Source: an uncultured cyanobacterium (GTDB taxonomy: Bacteria > Cyanobacteriota > Cyanobacteriia > Cyanobacteriales > CAWUOF01). Taken from it: a stretch of 64,000 bases of DNA. Below, piece by piece: positions 43,101 to 55,200 of this stretch. The DNA is taken from the NCBI GenBank assembly GCA_963744145.1, contig CAVUSO010000001.1, positions 6,944,001 to 7,008,000 of the forward strand. The letters are read 5' to 3'. Both the position numbers and the translations under genes were made by a program. The first letter of the stretch is position 1. Each line of letters starts with the position of its first letter. The notes under the pieces are model-generated. The model searched no databases, was not told the origin of the DNA, and saw only the letters and a program-made list of their open reading frames with translations.

Positions 43101-46071
43101 CCTTACTCCCACCGGAAATGTTACCTTAACTGCCAATGGTGATGTGACTACTCAATCAATTACAACTCCGGGTAATAGTATTAATATTACTAGCAGTTTA
43201 GGTCAAATTGATACTACTGGAGGTACTCTTGATACTAGCTCAACTGGTCTGGGTGGAGATGTGAGTTTAACTGCATCGACTCTCGCTATTATTACAGGTA
43301 ATATTAATACTAATTCTACGGTCAGTGGTGCGGGAGGAAATATCACTATTACCAGTGGGGATGCGATCGATACTACTCTAGGAACTCTAAATTCTAGTGC
43401 AGTTATCGGTAAAGGTGGAGATATTACTTTTAATGCGAATAGCAATATAAAAATCGCTAATCTGAATACGACTAGCAATGATAGTGGAGCTGGAGGAAAT
43501 ATTACCCTGAATACGACTGGGGGATTAATTACTAATATAACTGGTCTGATTACTACAACTGCAAATTCAGGTCAGGGAGGGAATATTTCCCTAGGGAGTA
43601 GCAGCGATATTATCATTAATAAGAATATTAATAGCAGTTCTAATGGCACTGGTAACGGAGGAGATATTTCTTTAACTAGCGCGATCGGTGCGGTGAATAT
43701 TAATTCTCTCAACTCAACTTCAGCTTTTGGAAGTGGTGGCAATTTAACTATTAATGCTGCTAATAATATTAATGGCTTGCTGTTATTTGCTGATGCGACT
43801 AAAGGTCAGGGAGGAAATATTAGTCTGACTAGCACTAGCGGCACAATTAATATTAGTTCTCTGAGTGCTAATTCTAATAATAGTCAAGGTGGAGCATTGG
43901 TTCTGCAAGCGAGTGGGAATATCACCACAGGAGATTTAAGTGCTAAAGGGATTACGGGAATTAGTCAAGGTGGTCAGACTTCTATTATTAGTAAAAATGC
44001 CGCAATCGCGATTGGTAATATTACTACAACTGGTACTGCAAATGGGGGAAATATATCCATCCAAGCTAACACCCAAATTACCACTAAACAAATTGATTCA
44101 AGTAGCACTACTGGAGCAGGTGGTAATGTGCTAATTGACCCTACGGGAGATGTGCAAGTGAGTAATATTAATACTTCTGGTGGTACAACTGGAGGTAATG
44201 TGGATATTACCGCAGGTAAATATTTGCGAGTAAATGTACCTCTAAATACAGCTAATTGCGGTACAGTGAGTATTTGCACAATTGGTAATAGTCAAGGAGG
44301 GAATATATTTCTCAGACATGGTGGTGATGGGGTGGTTCCATTTATCGTGGGAGATGCAACTATAAATGGTACAGCTAGTGCAATATATAAGGGAAATAGT
44401 CCGGAACAAACTATTACTAGCGGTTCCTTCTTTGCTACTCAATTACAAGACAATGGTACATTAGGAATTATTACTAATATTCCTTCCACACCCACACCCA
44501 CACCCACACCCACATCTACACCCACATCTACATTTACACCCATACCCATATCAACACCCATCCCCATATCAACACCCATACCTATATCAACACCCATACC
44601 TATATCAACACCCATACCTATATCAACACCCACACTCACATCTACATTTACACCTACACCAATATCAACACCAATACCTTCCAATAGCGATCGCGATAAT
44701 TTAGCAGCAATTAATCCAGTCGATTTAACCAAATTACAAAATCTCAACTCTTTACCATTGCTAGACAGTGATCCTTCCCAAAATCTCGCGATCGATAAAT
44801 CGATCAGTCAAGATTATACTAAATATTTTGGTCTGGCTGATTCTCCAGAAATTAGTGTGAGCAAAGTCCAAACATCTTTGGGCAATATTGAAAGCAATAC
44901 CGGGATTAAACCAGCCATTATTTATGCTTTTTTTGTCCCCAGTACGATTACACCAATTCCTAGTAAAAATGGGCTGAATCTAACTAATGAGCAGTTAGAT
45001 AGTAATTTAAGTTTATTACATACTACCCAACCGGAACAACAAGATCGCTTAGAATTGATTTTAATTACCGCCACATCCAAACCAATTCGCAAATCAATTA
45101 ATGTGACTAGAGCGCAAGTGATCGAGACAGCAACTAAGTTTCAAAATGCAGTAGTAAGTAAAATCAGGACGCAGGACTATTTGACTCCAGCTCAACAAAT
45201 GTATCAATGGTTAGTAGCACCTTTAAACAGAGAACTACAACAATTGAAAATTGACAATTTGGTCTATATTATGGATGCTAAACTTCGCACCATTCCTTTA
45301 GCCGCCATGCACGATGGTCAAGGTTTTATAATTGAACACTATAGTGTCGGATTGATGCCAAGTTTTGCCCTGACTGACCCTAGTCACCAAGATATTCACC
45401 ATGCTCAATTACTGGCAATGGGTAGCACTAATTTCTCAGATATTTTCCATCTCAATGCTTTACCATCAGTCAAAGAAGAAGTAGATTTAGCCCATCAAAT
45501 TTGGGGAGGTAAGTCTTTTCTTAATGACGAATTTACCCTCGAAAACTTAAAATCCCAACGAGAACATAATCCCTTTCGGATCGTCCATTTAGCTACTCAT
45601 GCCGATTTTAATCCCGGTACAGCAACCGACTCTTATCTTTATTTTACGAAAGAACGATTACCGCTACCTAATTTACGTTCAATTAAGTGGAATAATCCCC
45701 CTGTGGAACTATTAGTTTTAAGTGCTTGTCGAACTGCGATCGGTGATGAAAATGCGGAATTAGGTTTTGCGGGATTAGCAGTCCAATCTGGGGTCAAATC
45801 AGCCTTAGCTTCCTTATGGTATATTTCCGATGAAGGTACTCTGGGATTAATGACAGAATTTTATGAGCAATTAAAAACAGCACCAATAAAAGCCGAAGCT
45901 TTACGTCGCGCTCAGTTAGCAATGATGCGTGGTGAAGTGCGTTTGGAAGGAGGAAAATTAGTCACCAGTAAGCAATCTTTTCCCTTACCTCCTGAGTTAG
46001 TTAAATTGCATCACCAATTTAGCCATCCTTATTTTTGGAGTGGGTTGACGATTATTGGTAATCCTTGGTAA
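40156..46071 (+). CDS. Array copy E: intact TPS + 7-blade propeller + beta-helix + Pro/Thr + CHAT protease
   Basis: 1971 aa ORF (start may be 40162); all motifs present. Confidence 0.93.
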   Translation: MMMKHLIKIINGYLIIFPVAILFTSICPGLAQSIIPTRNATGTLVTPVGNKYNINGGTLSGDRTNLFHSFDQFGLSAGETVNFISNPQIRNILGRISGGNPSLINGLIQVTGGNSNLFLINPVGLVFGPNARLNVPASFTATTATAIGFSNNQWFNAIGNNNYNNLIGTPSQFAFDLVKSGNIINAGNLRVPTGENLTLLGGNVINTGQLTAPGGNITINAVPNQNIVKISQPGNILSLEITPPRDPSGQILPIAPVDLPTLLTGTANNIGTGLSVNPPGNVQLNQSGIILPNQQGLTITSGHISVAGIPGNTVGGNINILGDKIGLFNSNIDASGAVGGGTVKIGGDHQGGGTLPHATQTIIAPNATINANATVTGNGGKVIVWSDNFTSYYGNITARGGVKVGDGGLVEVSGKDLLIFTGGVDAGVNLGKPGTLLLDPKNITITNASSPLVTFLNPNPVSTGSFGFAVASEGNNLLIGAQFNTSGGVANAGQAYLFNTSGGLLQTFNNPNPVSGGFFGNSVAISGNNLLIGAPNNTFGGFTTVGQAFLFNTSGGLLQTFNNPNPIANGLFSQSVAISGSNLLIGAPGNKLGAVTGAGQAYLFNTNGGLLQTFNNPHPVTPGSFGYTVAISDSNLLIGAIGNTSGGVPLAGQAFLFNTSGGLLQTFDNPNPITPGSFGYSVAISGSNLLIGAQYNNSSGGVSGAGQAFLFNTSGRLLQTFDNPYPIPSGNFGFSVAISGNNLLIGAINNNNIPLGVPGAGQAFLFNSSGNLLQTLESPTPESSGQFGYSVTPVGNNFLIGANYETSGGQLGAGNTYLMAAAYPTALSFSDNPSQSINVNPADITRVTNTGTNVVLQAHNDITVAQPVITSAGGNGGAFTLQAGRSILVNANITTDNGNLTLVANETAANGVQSQYRDSGFANITVAPGVTLNSGTGDTTIRINTGTATGSSGNISLQNITAKNLLVENLGFGNSSIILNNTLTPTGNVTLTANGDVTTQSITTPGNSINITSSLGQIDTTGGTLDTSSTGLGGDVSLTASTLAIITGNINTNSTVSGAGGNITITSGDAIDTTLGTLNSSAVIGKGGDITFNANSNIKIANLNTTSNDSGAGGNITLNTTGGLITNITGLITTTANSGQGGNISLGSSSDIIINKNINSSSNGTGNGGDISLTSAIGAVNINSLNSTSAFGSGGNLTINAANNINGLLLFADATKGQGGNISLTSTSGTINISSLSANSNNSQGGALVLQASGNITTGDLSAKGITGISQGGQTSIISKNAAIAIGNITTTGTANGGNISIQANTQITTKQIDSSSTTGAGGNVLIDPTGDVQVSNINTSGGTTGGNVDITAGKYLRVNVPLNTANCGTVSICTIGNSQGGNIFLRHGGDGVVPFIVGDATINGTASAIYKGNSPEQTITSGSFFATQLQDNGTLGIITNIPSTPTPTPTPTSTPTSTFTPIPISTPIPISTPIPISTPIPISTPIPISTPTLTSTFTPTPISTPIPSNSDRDNLAAINPVDLTKLQNLNSLPLLDSDPSQNLAIDKSISQDYTKYFGLADSPEISVSKVQTSLGNIESNTGIKPAIIYAFFVPSTITPIPSKNGLNLTNEQLDSNLSLLHTTQPEQQDRLELILITATSKPIRKSINVTRAQVIETATKFQNAVVSKIRTQDYLTPAQQMYQWLVAPLNRELQQLKIDNLVYIMDAKLRTIPLAAMHDGQGFIIEHYSVGLMPSFALTDPSHQDIHHAQLLAMGSTNFSDIFHLNALPSVKEEVDLAHQIWGGKSFLNDEFTLENLKSQREHNPFRIVHLATHADFNPGTATDSYLYFTKERLPLPNLRSIKWNNPPVELLVLSACRTAIGDENAELGFAGLAVQSGVKSALASLWYISDEGTLGLMTEFYEQLKTAPIKAEALRRAQLAMMRGEVRLEGGKLVTSKQSFPLPPELVKLHHQFSHPYFWSGLTIIGNPW

Positions 46072-46203
46072 GGTAGAAATCTCACTCAATCTATTCTAGC
46101 CTAGATGTAGGTTTTAGGGTTGTTATAGCTGGATCTAAACTAGATTTGCTATGCTATCTCATAACCACTAAGCATTTTTGCTCACAAAACTGTAATTATA
46201 TCC

Positions 46204-49200
46204 ATGAAAAAAAGTATTGTAAAGATTATTAACGGACACTTGATAATTGGCACCATATGTATATGTATTGGTAATAGTGATCCTGGATTAGCACAATCTA
46301 TTATTCCCACTAGCAACGCGACAAACACATTAGTGACCCCAGTAGGGAATAAATATAATATTAACGGTGGGATGCTGTCGGGCGATCGCACCAACCTATT
46401 CCATAGCTTTGATAAATTCGGACTTTCCGCAGGAGAAACAGTCAATTTTATCTCTAATCCCCAAATTCGCAATATTTTAGGGAGAGTTACGGGGGGAAAT
46501 CCATCCCTAATTAACGGACTAATCCAAGTAACAGGAGGGAATTCTAACTTATTCTTAATCAATCCTGCGGGAATAGTATTTGGCACTAATGCGAGTTTAA
46601 ATGTGCCAGCATCTTTTACCGCAACTACAGCGACAGGAATGGGATTTAGTAATAATCAATGGTTCAATGCTTTTGGCAATAATAATTATAGTAATTTAAT
46701 TGGAACGCCATCTCAATTTGCCTTTGATTTAGCGAAATCGGGAAACATTATCAACGCGGGAAAATTAACCGTACCGCTCGGCTCAAATTTAACATTACTA
46801 GGTGGTAATGTAATTAATACTGGACAATTGACTGCACCTTCTGGAAATATTACGATTACGGCTGTCCCTAATCAGAATGTAGTCAAAATCTCGCAACCTG
46901 GAAATATTCTAAGTTTAGAAATTACACCACCAAGAGATACCACTGGTCAAATCTTGCCGATCGCTCCCGTCGATTTACCGACATTGCTAACGGGAACAGC
47001 CAATAATATAGAGACAGGTTTGAGTGTAAATGCAAGTGGTAATGTGCAAGTAAATCAGTCCGGCATAATTTTGCCTAATGTTTCAGGGTTAGCGATCGCA
47101 ACAGGGAATATTTCTGTAGCAGGAGTAACCGGAAATGCGGTAGGTGGAAATGTCAATGTTTTAGGAGATAAAGTAGGGTTATTTAATAGCAATATCGATG
47201 CTTCAGGTGTTGGGGGAGGGGGAACAGTAAAAATCGGTGGAGATTATCAAGGAGGGGGAACTTTACCCCATGCTACTCAAACGATTATTGCACCTGATGC
47301 AAGTATTAACGCTAATGCAACAGAAACAGGAAATGGCGGGAAAGTAATAGTTTGGTCAGATAATTTTACTAGAGATTATGGCAATATTATTGCTCGTGGT
47401 GGCGTCAGTGGTGGCGATGGTGGTCTGGTCGAAGTTTCTGGTAAAGATTTGCTAATCTTTACCGGAATGGTAGATGCGGGAGCAACGTTAGGTCAACCAG
47501 GAACCTTACTCCTTGATCCCAAAAATATCACCATTACTAACTCACCCCTAGCAACTATGCTTTTAAACCCCTATCCTTTGCCATTTGGCGTGTACAGCTA
47601 TGATTTAGCCTCAGATGGCAATAACGTATTAGTCGGGGCAATCTATAACACATCAGGAGGGGTCTTAGCAGCAGGTCAGGCATTTTTATTTAACACTAGC
47701 GGATCGCTATTGCAAACTTTCAATAACCCCAATCCTACATCAAATGGTCAATTCGGTATTGGAGTTGCGATATCTGGCAATAACGTGTTAATCGGGGCAA
47801 GTTGTAACACATCGGGAGGGTTCTCAGGCGCGGGCCAAGCCTTTTTGTTTAACACCAGCGGATCGCTACTGCGAACTTTCAATAACCCTAATCCTGTAAT
47901 AAATGGCAGTTTCGGCACTTCAGTTGCGATATCGGGCAGCAACCTGTTGATTGGAGCAAGTGGTAACACATCACTAGGGTTCTCAGGCGCGGGCCAAGCT
48001 TTTTTGTTTAACACCAGTGGATCGCTACTGCAAACTTTCAATAACCCCAATCCTGTAATAAATGGCAATTTCGGCATTTCAGTGGCGATGTCTGGTAGCA
48101 ACCTGTTGATCGGGGCAAATGGTAACACCTCACTAGGGGTCACAGCAGCAGGACAAGCCTTTTTATTTAATACTAGCGGATCGCTATTGCAAACGTTCAA
48201 TAACCCCAATCCTGCATATGGCAGCTTCGGCACTTCAGTGGCGATGTCTGGTAGTAACCTGTTGATCGGAGCAGATACTAACACATCAGGAGGAGTCCCA
48301 CAAGCAGGACAAGCATTTTTGTTTAACACTAGCGGATCACTACTGCAAACTTTCGATAACCCCAATCCTGTATCAAGTGGCAGCTTTGGTCAGTCAGTAG
48401 CTATATCCGGTAGCAACCTATTAATCGGAGCTCCGGATAACACATCAGGAGGTTACTCACAAGCAGGACAAGCCTTTTTGTTTAACACTAATAATAATCT
48501 ACTGCAAACCTTGAATAGTCCATTGCCGCAATCAAGTGGCAATTTTGGGTGGGCAGTTGCTTTGGTAGGTAGTAACATATTCGTAGGAAGCTTAAGTGAA
48601 ACATCACAAGGGGTATTAGGAGCAGGAAACAGCTATTTCATGACTGCTGCCTATTCTGGAGTTCTATCTTTTAGTGATAATCCCAGTTCTTCGGTTAATG
48701 TTGATCCGATTAATATTACTAATGTTACCAATACGGGCACTCATGTGGTACTCCAGGCACACAATGATATTACTGTTGCCCAACCAGTGATTACCTCTGC
48801 GGGGGGAAATGGTGGTGCACTTGCTCTCCAAGCAGGACGTAGTATTCTAGTTAATGCCAACATCACCACGGATAACGGCAATTTAACCCTAAGTGCGAAC
48901 GAAACTGCGGCTAATGGAGTTCTAAGTCAATATCGAGATCCTGGTTTTGCTAATATTACCGTTGCACCTGGAGTCACACTTAATTCTGGTACAGGTGATA
49001 CAACAATAAGGATTGCTACGGGGGCAACTCCAGGAAGTGGTGGTAATATTAGTTTGCAAAATATCACTGCGAAAAATTTGCTGGTAGAGAACTTAGGATT
49101 TGGCAACAGCAACATTATCTTAAATACTCCCCTTACTCCCACCGGAAATGTTACCCTAACTGCCAATGGGGATGTGACTACTCAGGGGATTACAACTCCG

Positions 49201-52126
49201 GGTAATAGCATTAGTATTACGAGCAATTTAGGTCAAATTGATACGACTGGAGGCACTATTGATACTAGCTCAACTGGTGCGGGTGGAGATATAACTTTAA
49301 CAGCAACTAATCTCGGTATTAGGACAGGTAATATTAATAGTAATTCGACCGGGAGTGGTCAAGGAGGAAATATCACTCTTACCAGTGGGGATGCGATCGA
49401 TACTACTCTAGAAACTTTGAATTCTAGTTCAGGGACAGGAAAAGGTGGAGATATTACCTTTAATGCGAATAGCAATATACAAATCGCTAATCTCAATACG
49501 ACTAGCAATGGGAGTGGTGCAGGGGGAAATATTACCCTGAATACTACGGGAGGCTTAATTACGAATCCGACTGGAACGATTACTTCAACTTCAACTTCAG
49601 GTCAGGGAGGGAATATTTTCCTAATAAGTGCTAGCGATATTATTCTTAACAAGAATATTAATAGCAGTTCTAATGGTACTGGTAAAGGAGGAGATATTTC
49701 TTTAACTAGCACTCAGGGGGCGGTGCAGATTAATTCTCTTAATTCAACTTCAGCATTTGGAAATGGTGGAAATTTAACAATTAATGCTGCTCAGGATATT
49801 AAAGGATTATTGCTCTTTGCTGACGCGACTAAAGGTCAGGGAGGAAATATTAGTCTCACTAGCAATACTGGAGCAATTAATATAAGTTTACTCAGTGCTA
49901 ATTCTAATAATTCTCAAGGTGGAACATTGTTTCTAAATGCGAATGGGAATATTACCACGGGAGATATAAGTGCTAAAGGGATTACGGGAATTAGTCAAGG
50001 TGGTCGGACTTCTATTACCAGTAAAAACGCTGCGATCGCTGTAGGTAATATCACTACAACTGGTGCAGCAAGTGGGGGAAATATATCCTTACAAGCTAGC
50101 ACCCAAATTACGGCTAAACAAATTGATTCTAGTAGCATGAATGGAGCGGGTGGTAATGTACGAATTGACCCCATAGGAGATGTGCAAGTGAGTAATATTA
50201 ATACTGCTGGTCAGACAACTGGAGGTAATGTAGATCTTACAGCAGGTACATATTTACGAGTAAATATCCCTGTCACTATAGCTAATTGTGGCACAGTGAG
50301 TATTTGCACAATTGGTAATAGTCAAGGAGGAAATATATTTCTCAGACATGGGGGTGATGGGGTAGTTCCATTTATCGTGGGAGATGCAACAATCAATGGT
50401 ACAGCTAGTGCGATCGATAAAGGAAATGGGACAGAAGAAAATATAACGAGCGGTTCCTTCTTAGGAACTCAATTGCAAGATAACGGGACACTGGGAATTA
50501 TTACTAAGACCCCTGTTATACCCACCCCAACACCTGCTCCCACATCAACATCAACATCAACCTTGGTAACATTTGTCCCAATATCAACACCTATATCAAC
50601 ACCTATATCAACACCTATTCCAACACCTATTCCAACTTCTGCTCCCATATCTGCACTAACATCTACACCAATACCAATACCAACCCTAATACCATTACCC
50701 ACCCTAACACCTACTCCAACACCTGTACCAATAGAGGAGCATCAGAATAATTTAAATATTAATCCTGTGGATTTAACTAAATTACCAGATCACCTAGATT
50801 CTTCCCCATTGTCTCAAGATGATACTTCTCAAAATTTGGCAATTGATAAATCCATGAGTCAAGAATATACGAAGTATTTTGCGCTAGCTGATGTAGCAGA
50901 ATTAAATACTAATAAAATCCGAGAGTCTCTGACCAATATAGAAAAACATACTGGGATTAAACCCGCAGTTATTTATGTATTTTTTGCAGCCTAGCACAAT
51001 TACTCCTGTCCCGATTAATCACGATATCAAAATTACTGAAAATACCTTGAAAGAACAAAATTTAGGGTTGTTAAGAGCGGGAATAGCGGAAACCCAAGAT
51101 CATTTAGAATTAATTTTAGTCCCAGCGGGTTCTCACCCCATACGCAAGTCCTTAAATGTCACTAGAGCCGAAGTTCTTGCGACTGCTAAAAAATTTCAGG
51201 ATACCGTAGCAGATCAAAAAAATACGCGAGCATATCTAGTCCCTGCTCACCAAATGTATCAATGGTTAGTTGCTCCTTTGGAACAGAATTTACAACAATT
51301 AAATATTCAAAACTTAGTCTATATCATGGATCAGAAGCTGCGGACTGTACCTTTAGCAGCAATGCAAGATGAGCAAGGTTTTATAATTGAACGCTACAGT
51401 GTGGGATTAATGCCAAGTTTTGCCCTGACTGACACGAGTTACCAGAATATTCACAATGCTCAATTATTGGCAATGGGTAGCACTAATTTCTCAGATATTT
51501 TTCATCTGGGTACTTTACCATCAGTCAAAGAAGAAGTAGATTTGGCACATCAAATTTGGGGAGGTAAATCTTTTCTGAATGACGAATTTACCCTAGAAAA
51601 CTTAAAATCCCAACGAGAACATAATCCCTTTAGAATCGTTCATTTAGCTACCCATGCGGACATTAATCCCGGTACAGAAGCCGACTCTTATATTTATTTT
51701 ACTAAAGAAAGATTATCCCTACCTAATTTACGTTCAATTAAGTGGAATAATCCCCCAGTAGAACTATTAGTTTTAAGTGCTTGTCAGACCGCAGTAGGAA
51801 ATGACAATGTGGAGTTAGGTTTTGCGGGATTAGCAGTTCAATCTGGAGTGAAATCAGCACTAGCTTCCTTATGGTATATTTCTGATGAAGGTACTCTGGG
51901 ATTAATGACAGAGTTTTACCAGCAATTAAAAACAGCACCAATTAAAGCTGAAGCTTTACGTCGCGCTCAGTTAGCAATGATGCGTGGTGAAGTGCGCTTA
52001 GAATCTGGGAAGTTAGTCACCAGTAAGCAATCGTTTCCCTTACCTCCTGCGATCGCTAATTTACATCACCAATTAAGACATCCTTATTATTGGAGTGGAT
52101 TTACAATTATTGGTAATCCTTGGTAA
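46204..52126 (+). CDS. Array copy F: TPS + 7-blade propeller + beta-helix + Pro/Thr + CHAT; +1 frameshift at ~50988
   Basis: ORFs 46204..50994 and 50975..52126; the sequence reads TTTGCAGCCTAGC where paralogues have TTTGCGCCTAGC or TTTGCACCTAGC. Confidence 0.88.
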
Positions 52127-52229
52127 TATAGAAATCCCACTCAATCTATTCTAGAATAGATGTAGGTGTTAGGGTTGTTATAGCCAAATCTGAACTTAGG
52201 TATGTAGTTGCGCTTCAGCGCTAAAATCC

Positions 52230-55200
52230 ATGAAAAAAAGTATTGTAAAGATTATTAACGGACCATTGATAATTGGCACCATATGTGTATGTATTGGTAA
52301 TAGTGATCCTGGATTAGCACAATCCATTATTCCTACTAGCAACGCGACAAACACCTTAGTGACCCCAGTAGGGAATAAATATAATATTAACGGTGGGATG
52401 CTGTCGGGCGATCGCACCAACCTATTCCACAGTTTTGATAAATTTGGACTTTCCACAGGTGAAACAGCCAATTTTATCTCTAATCCCCAAATTCGGAATA
52501 TTTTAGGAAGAGTTACGGGAGGAAATCCCTCCTTAATTAACGGACTAATCCAAGTAACAGGAGGGAATTCTAACTTATTTTTAATCAATCCTGCGGGAAT
52601 TGTATTTGGCACTAATGCAAGTTTAAATATCCCCGCAGCTTTTACCGCAACCACAGCGACAGGAATTGGATTTAATAATAATCAATGGTTCAATGCGATC
52701 GGCAATAATAACTATAACAATTTCATCGGAACACCATCGCAATTTGCCTTTGATTTAGCGAAATCGGGAAACATTATCAACGCGGGAAAATTAACCGTAC
52801 CGCTCGGCTCAAATTTAACCTTACTAGGTGGTAATGTAATTAATACTGGACAATTGACTGCACCTTCTGGAAATATTACGATTACGGCTGTCCCTAATCA
52901 GAATGTAGTCAAAATCTCGCAACCCGGAAATATCCTAAGTTTAGAAATCGCCCCACCACGAGATGCCACGGGGCAAATATTACCGATCAATCCCGTTGAT
53001 TTACCGACGTTGCTAACGGGAACAGCCAAGAATATAGAGACAGGTTTGAGTGTCAATCCAACGGGCAATGTGCAGTTAAATCAGGTAGGAGTTATTTTAC
53101 CTAATGAGCAGGGTTTAGCCATTACATCAGGGAATATTTCAGTAGCTGGAATAACTGGAAATGGAGTGGGGGGAAATGTCAATGTTTTAGGGGACAAAGT
53201 AGGGTTATTTAATAGTAATATAGATGCTTCTGGTGCGACGGGAGGGGGAATAGTAAGAATCGGTGGAGATTATCAAGGAGGGGGAACTTTACCCCATGCT
53301 ACCCAAACGATCATTGCACCAGATGCGAGCATCAATGCTAATGCCACAGCTACAGGAAAAGGTGGCGAAGTAATAGTTTGGTCAGATAATTTTACCAATT
53401 ATGATGGCAATATCACTGCTCGTGGTGGGAGCAAGGGTGGTAATGGCGGATTAGTAGAAACTTCGGGAAAAGACTTATTAATTTTTACGGGAGGAGTAGA
53501 TGCGGGTGCAGCATTAGGAAAGCCAGGAACATTACTACTTGATCCTAAAAATATCACGATTACTAATGCTAGCTCACCTCTAGTAACTATGCTAAACCCC
53601 AATCCGATCAATCCAGCTCTGTTTGGTACTTCAGTAGCTTCAGATGGTAACAACCTGCTGATCGGAGCACCAGATAACACATCGGGGGGTATTGGTCTAG
53701 CAGGGCAAGCCTTTTTATTTAACACCAGTGGGTCGCTGCTGCAAACTTTCAATAACCCCAATCCAGTACCAAGTGGCCACTTAGGTTATGCAGTTGCTAT
53801 ATCCGGTAGCAATCTTTTGATCGCAGCATCCAGAAACACATCGGGAGGAGTCACAGGAGCAGGACAAGCCTATTTGTTTAATCCTAGTGGGCAACTGCTA
53901 CATACTTTCGATAATCCCAATCCTGTAGTAAATGGTGACTTTGGCTATGGACTTACTATATCGGGCAGTAACCTTTTGATCGGGGCTTATGGAAACACAT
54001 CTGGAGGGATCACACACGCAGGACAAGCCTTTTTGTTTAACACCAGTGGAACGCTACTACAAACTTTCGATAATCCTAATCCTGTAATCAATGGCTACTT
54101 CGGCTATTCAAGTGCTATATCCGGCAGCAACTTGTTGATTGGAGCAATTGGCAACACATCGGGGGGGCTCCCATCGCAGGGCAAGCTTTTTTGTTTAATA
54201 CCAGTGGGGCATTGCTGCAAACTTTCGATAATCCTAATCCTGTAGCCAATGGCTACTTCGGCTTTTCAGTTGCTATATCGGGCAGCAATTTGTTGATTGG
54301 AGCGCCTAAAAACACGTCGGGGGGAGTCACTAATGCTGGGCAAGCCTATTTATTTAACACTGGTGGAGCGCTGCTGCAAACTTTTAATAACCCCAATCCT
54401 GTCACAGGTGGCGCAAATGGCAACTTTGGCATTTCAGGTGCTATATCCGGTAACAACCTATTGATCGGGGCGTCAGGAAATACATCGGGAGGGTTTACGC
54501 AAGCAGGGCAAGTCTTTTTGTTTAATCCTAACAATAATCTCCTGCAAACCTTTAATAGCCTAAATCCACAAACTTCTGGTAATTTTGGGGCATCAGTTAC
54601 TCCTGTAGGTAGCAATATATTAGTAGGAGCCTACGGCGAAACTTCAGGAGGAGTACCGACGGCAGGAAACAGCTATTTAATGGGTGCTGCTTATCCTGGT
54701 GTCCTGTCTTTTAATGATAATCCCAGTCAATCAATTAATGTTGATCCTATCAATATTACTAGCGTTACCAATACGGGTACTAATGTGGTACTCCAGGCAC
54801 ATAATGATCTTACTGTTGCCCAACCAGTTATTACCTCTGCGGGGGGAAATGGTGGTGCATTTACTCTCCAAGCAGGACGCAGTATTCTCGTTAATGCTAA
54901 CATCACCACGGATAACGGGAATTTAACTCTAGTTGCGAATGAAACTGCGGCTAATGGAGTGCAAAGTCCATATCGAGATCCGGGTTTTGCTAATATTACC
55001 GTTGCACCTGGAGTAATACTTAACTCTGGTACGGGTGATACCACGATTCGGATTAATACGGGTACGGCTACAGGTAGTAGTGGTAATATTAGTTTGCAAA
55101 ATATCACTGCGAAAAATTTGCTGGTAGAGAATTTAGGATTTGGCAATAGCAACATTATCTTAAATACTCCCCTGACTCCCACCGGAAATATTACCTTAAC

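Noticed and set aside
54161..54167. Poly-G tract as a phase-variation switch in copy G
   Set aside because: The G run is in frame; the missing base is downstream at ~54175, and similar G runs occur in intact blades.
16915..54690. Diversity-generating retroelement as the source of blade variability
   Set aside because: No reverse transcriptase or template repeat in the window; variation includes indels and is not evidently adenine-restricted.
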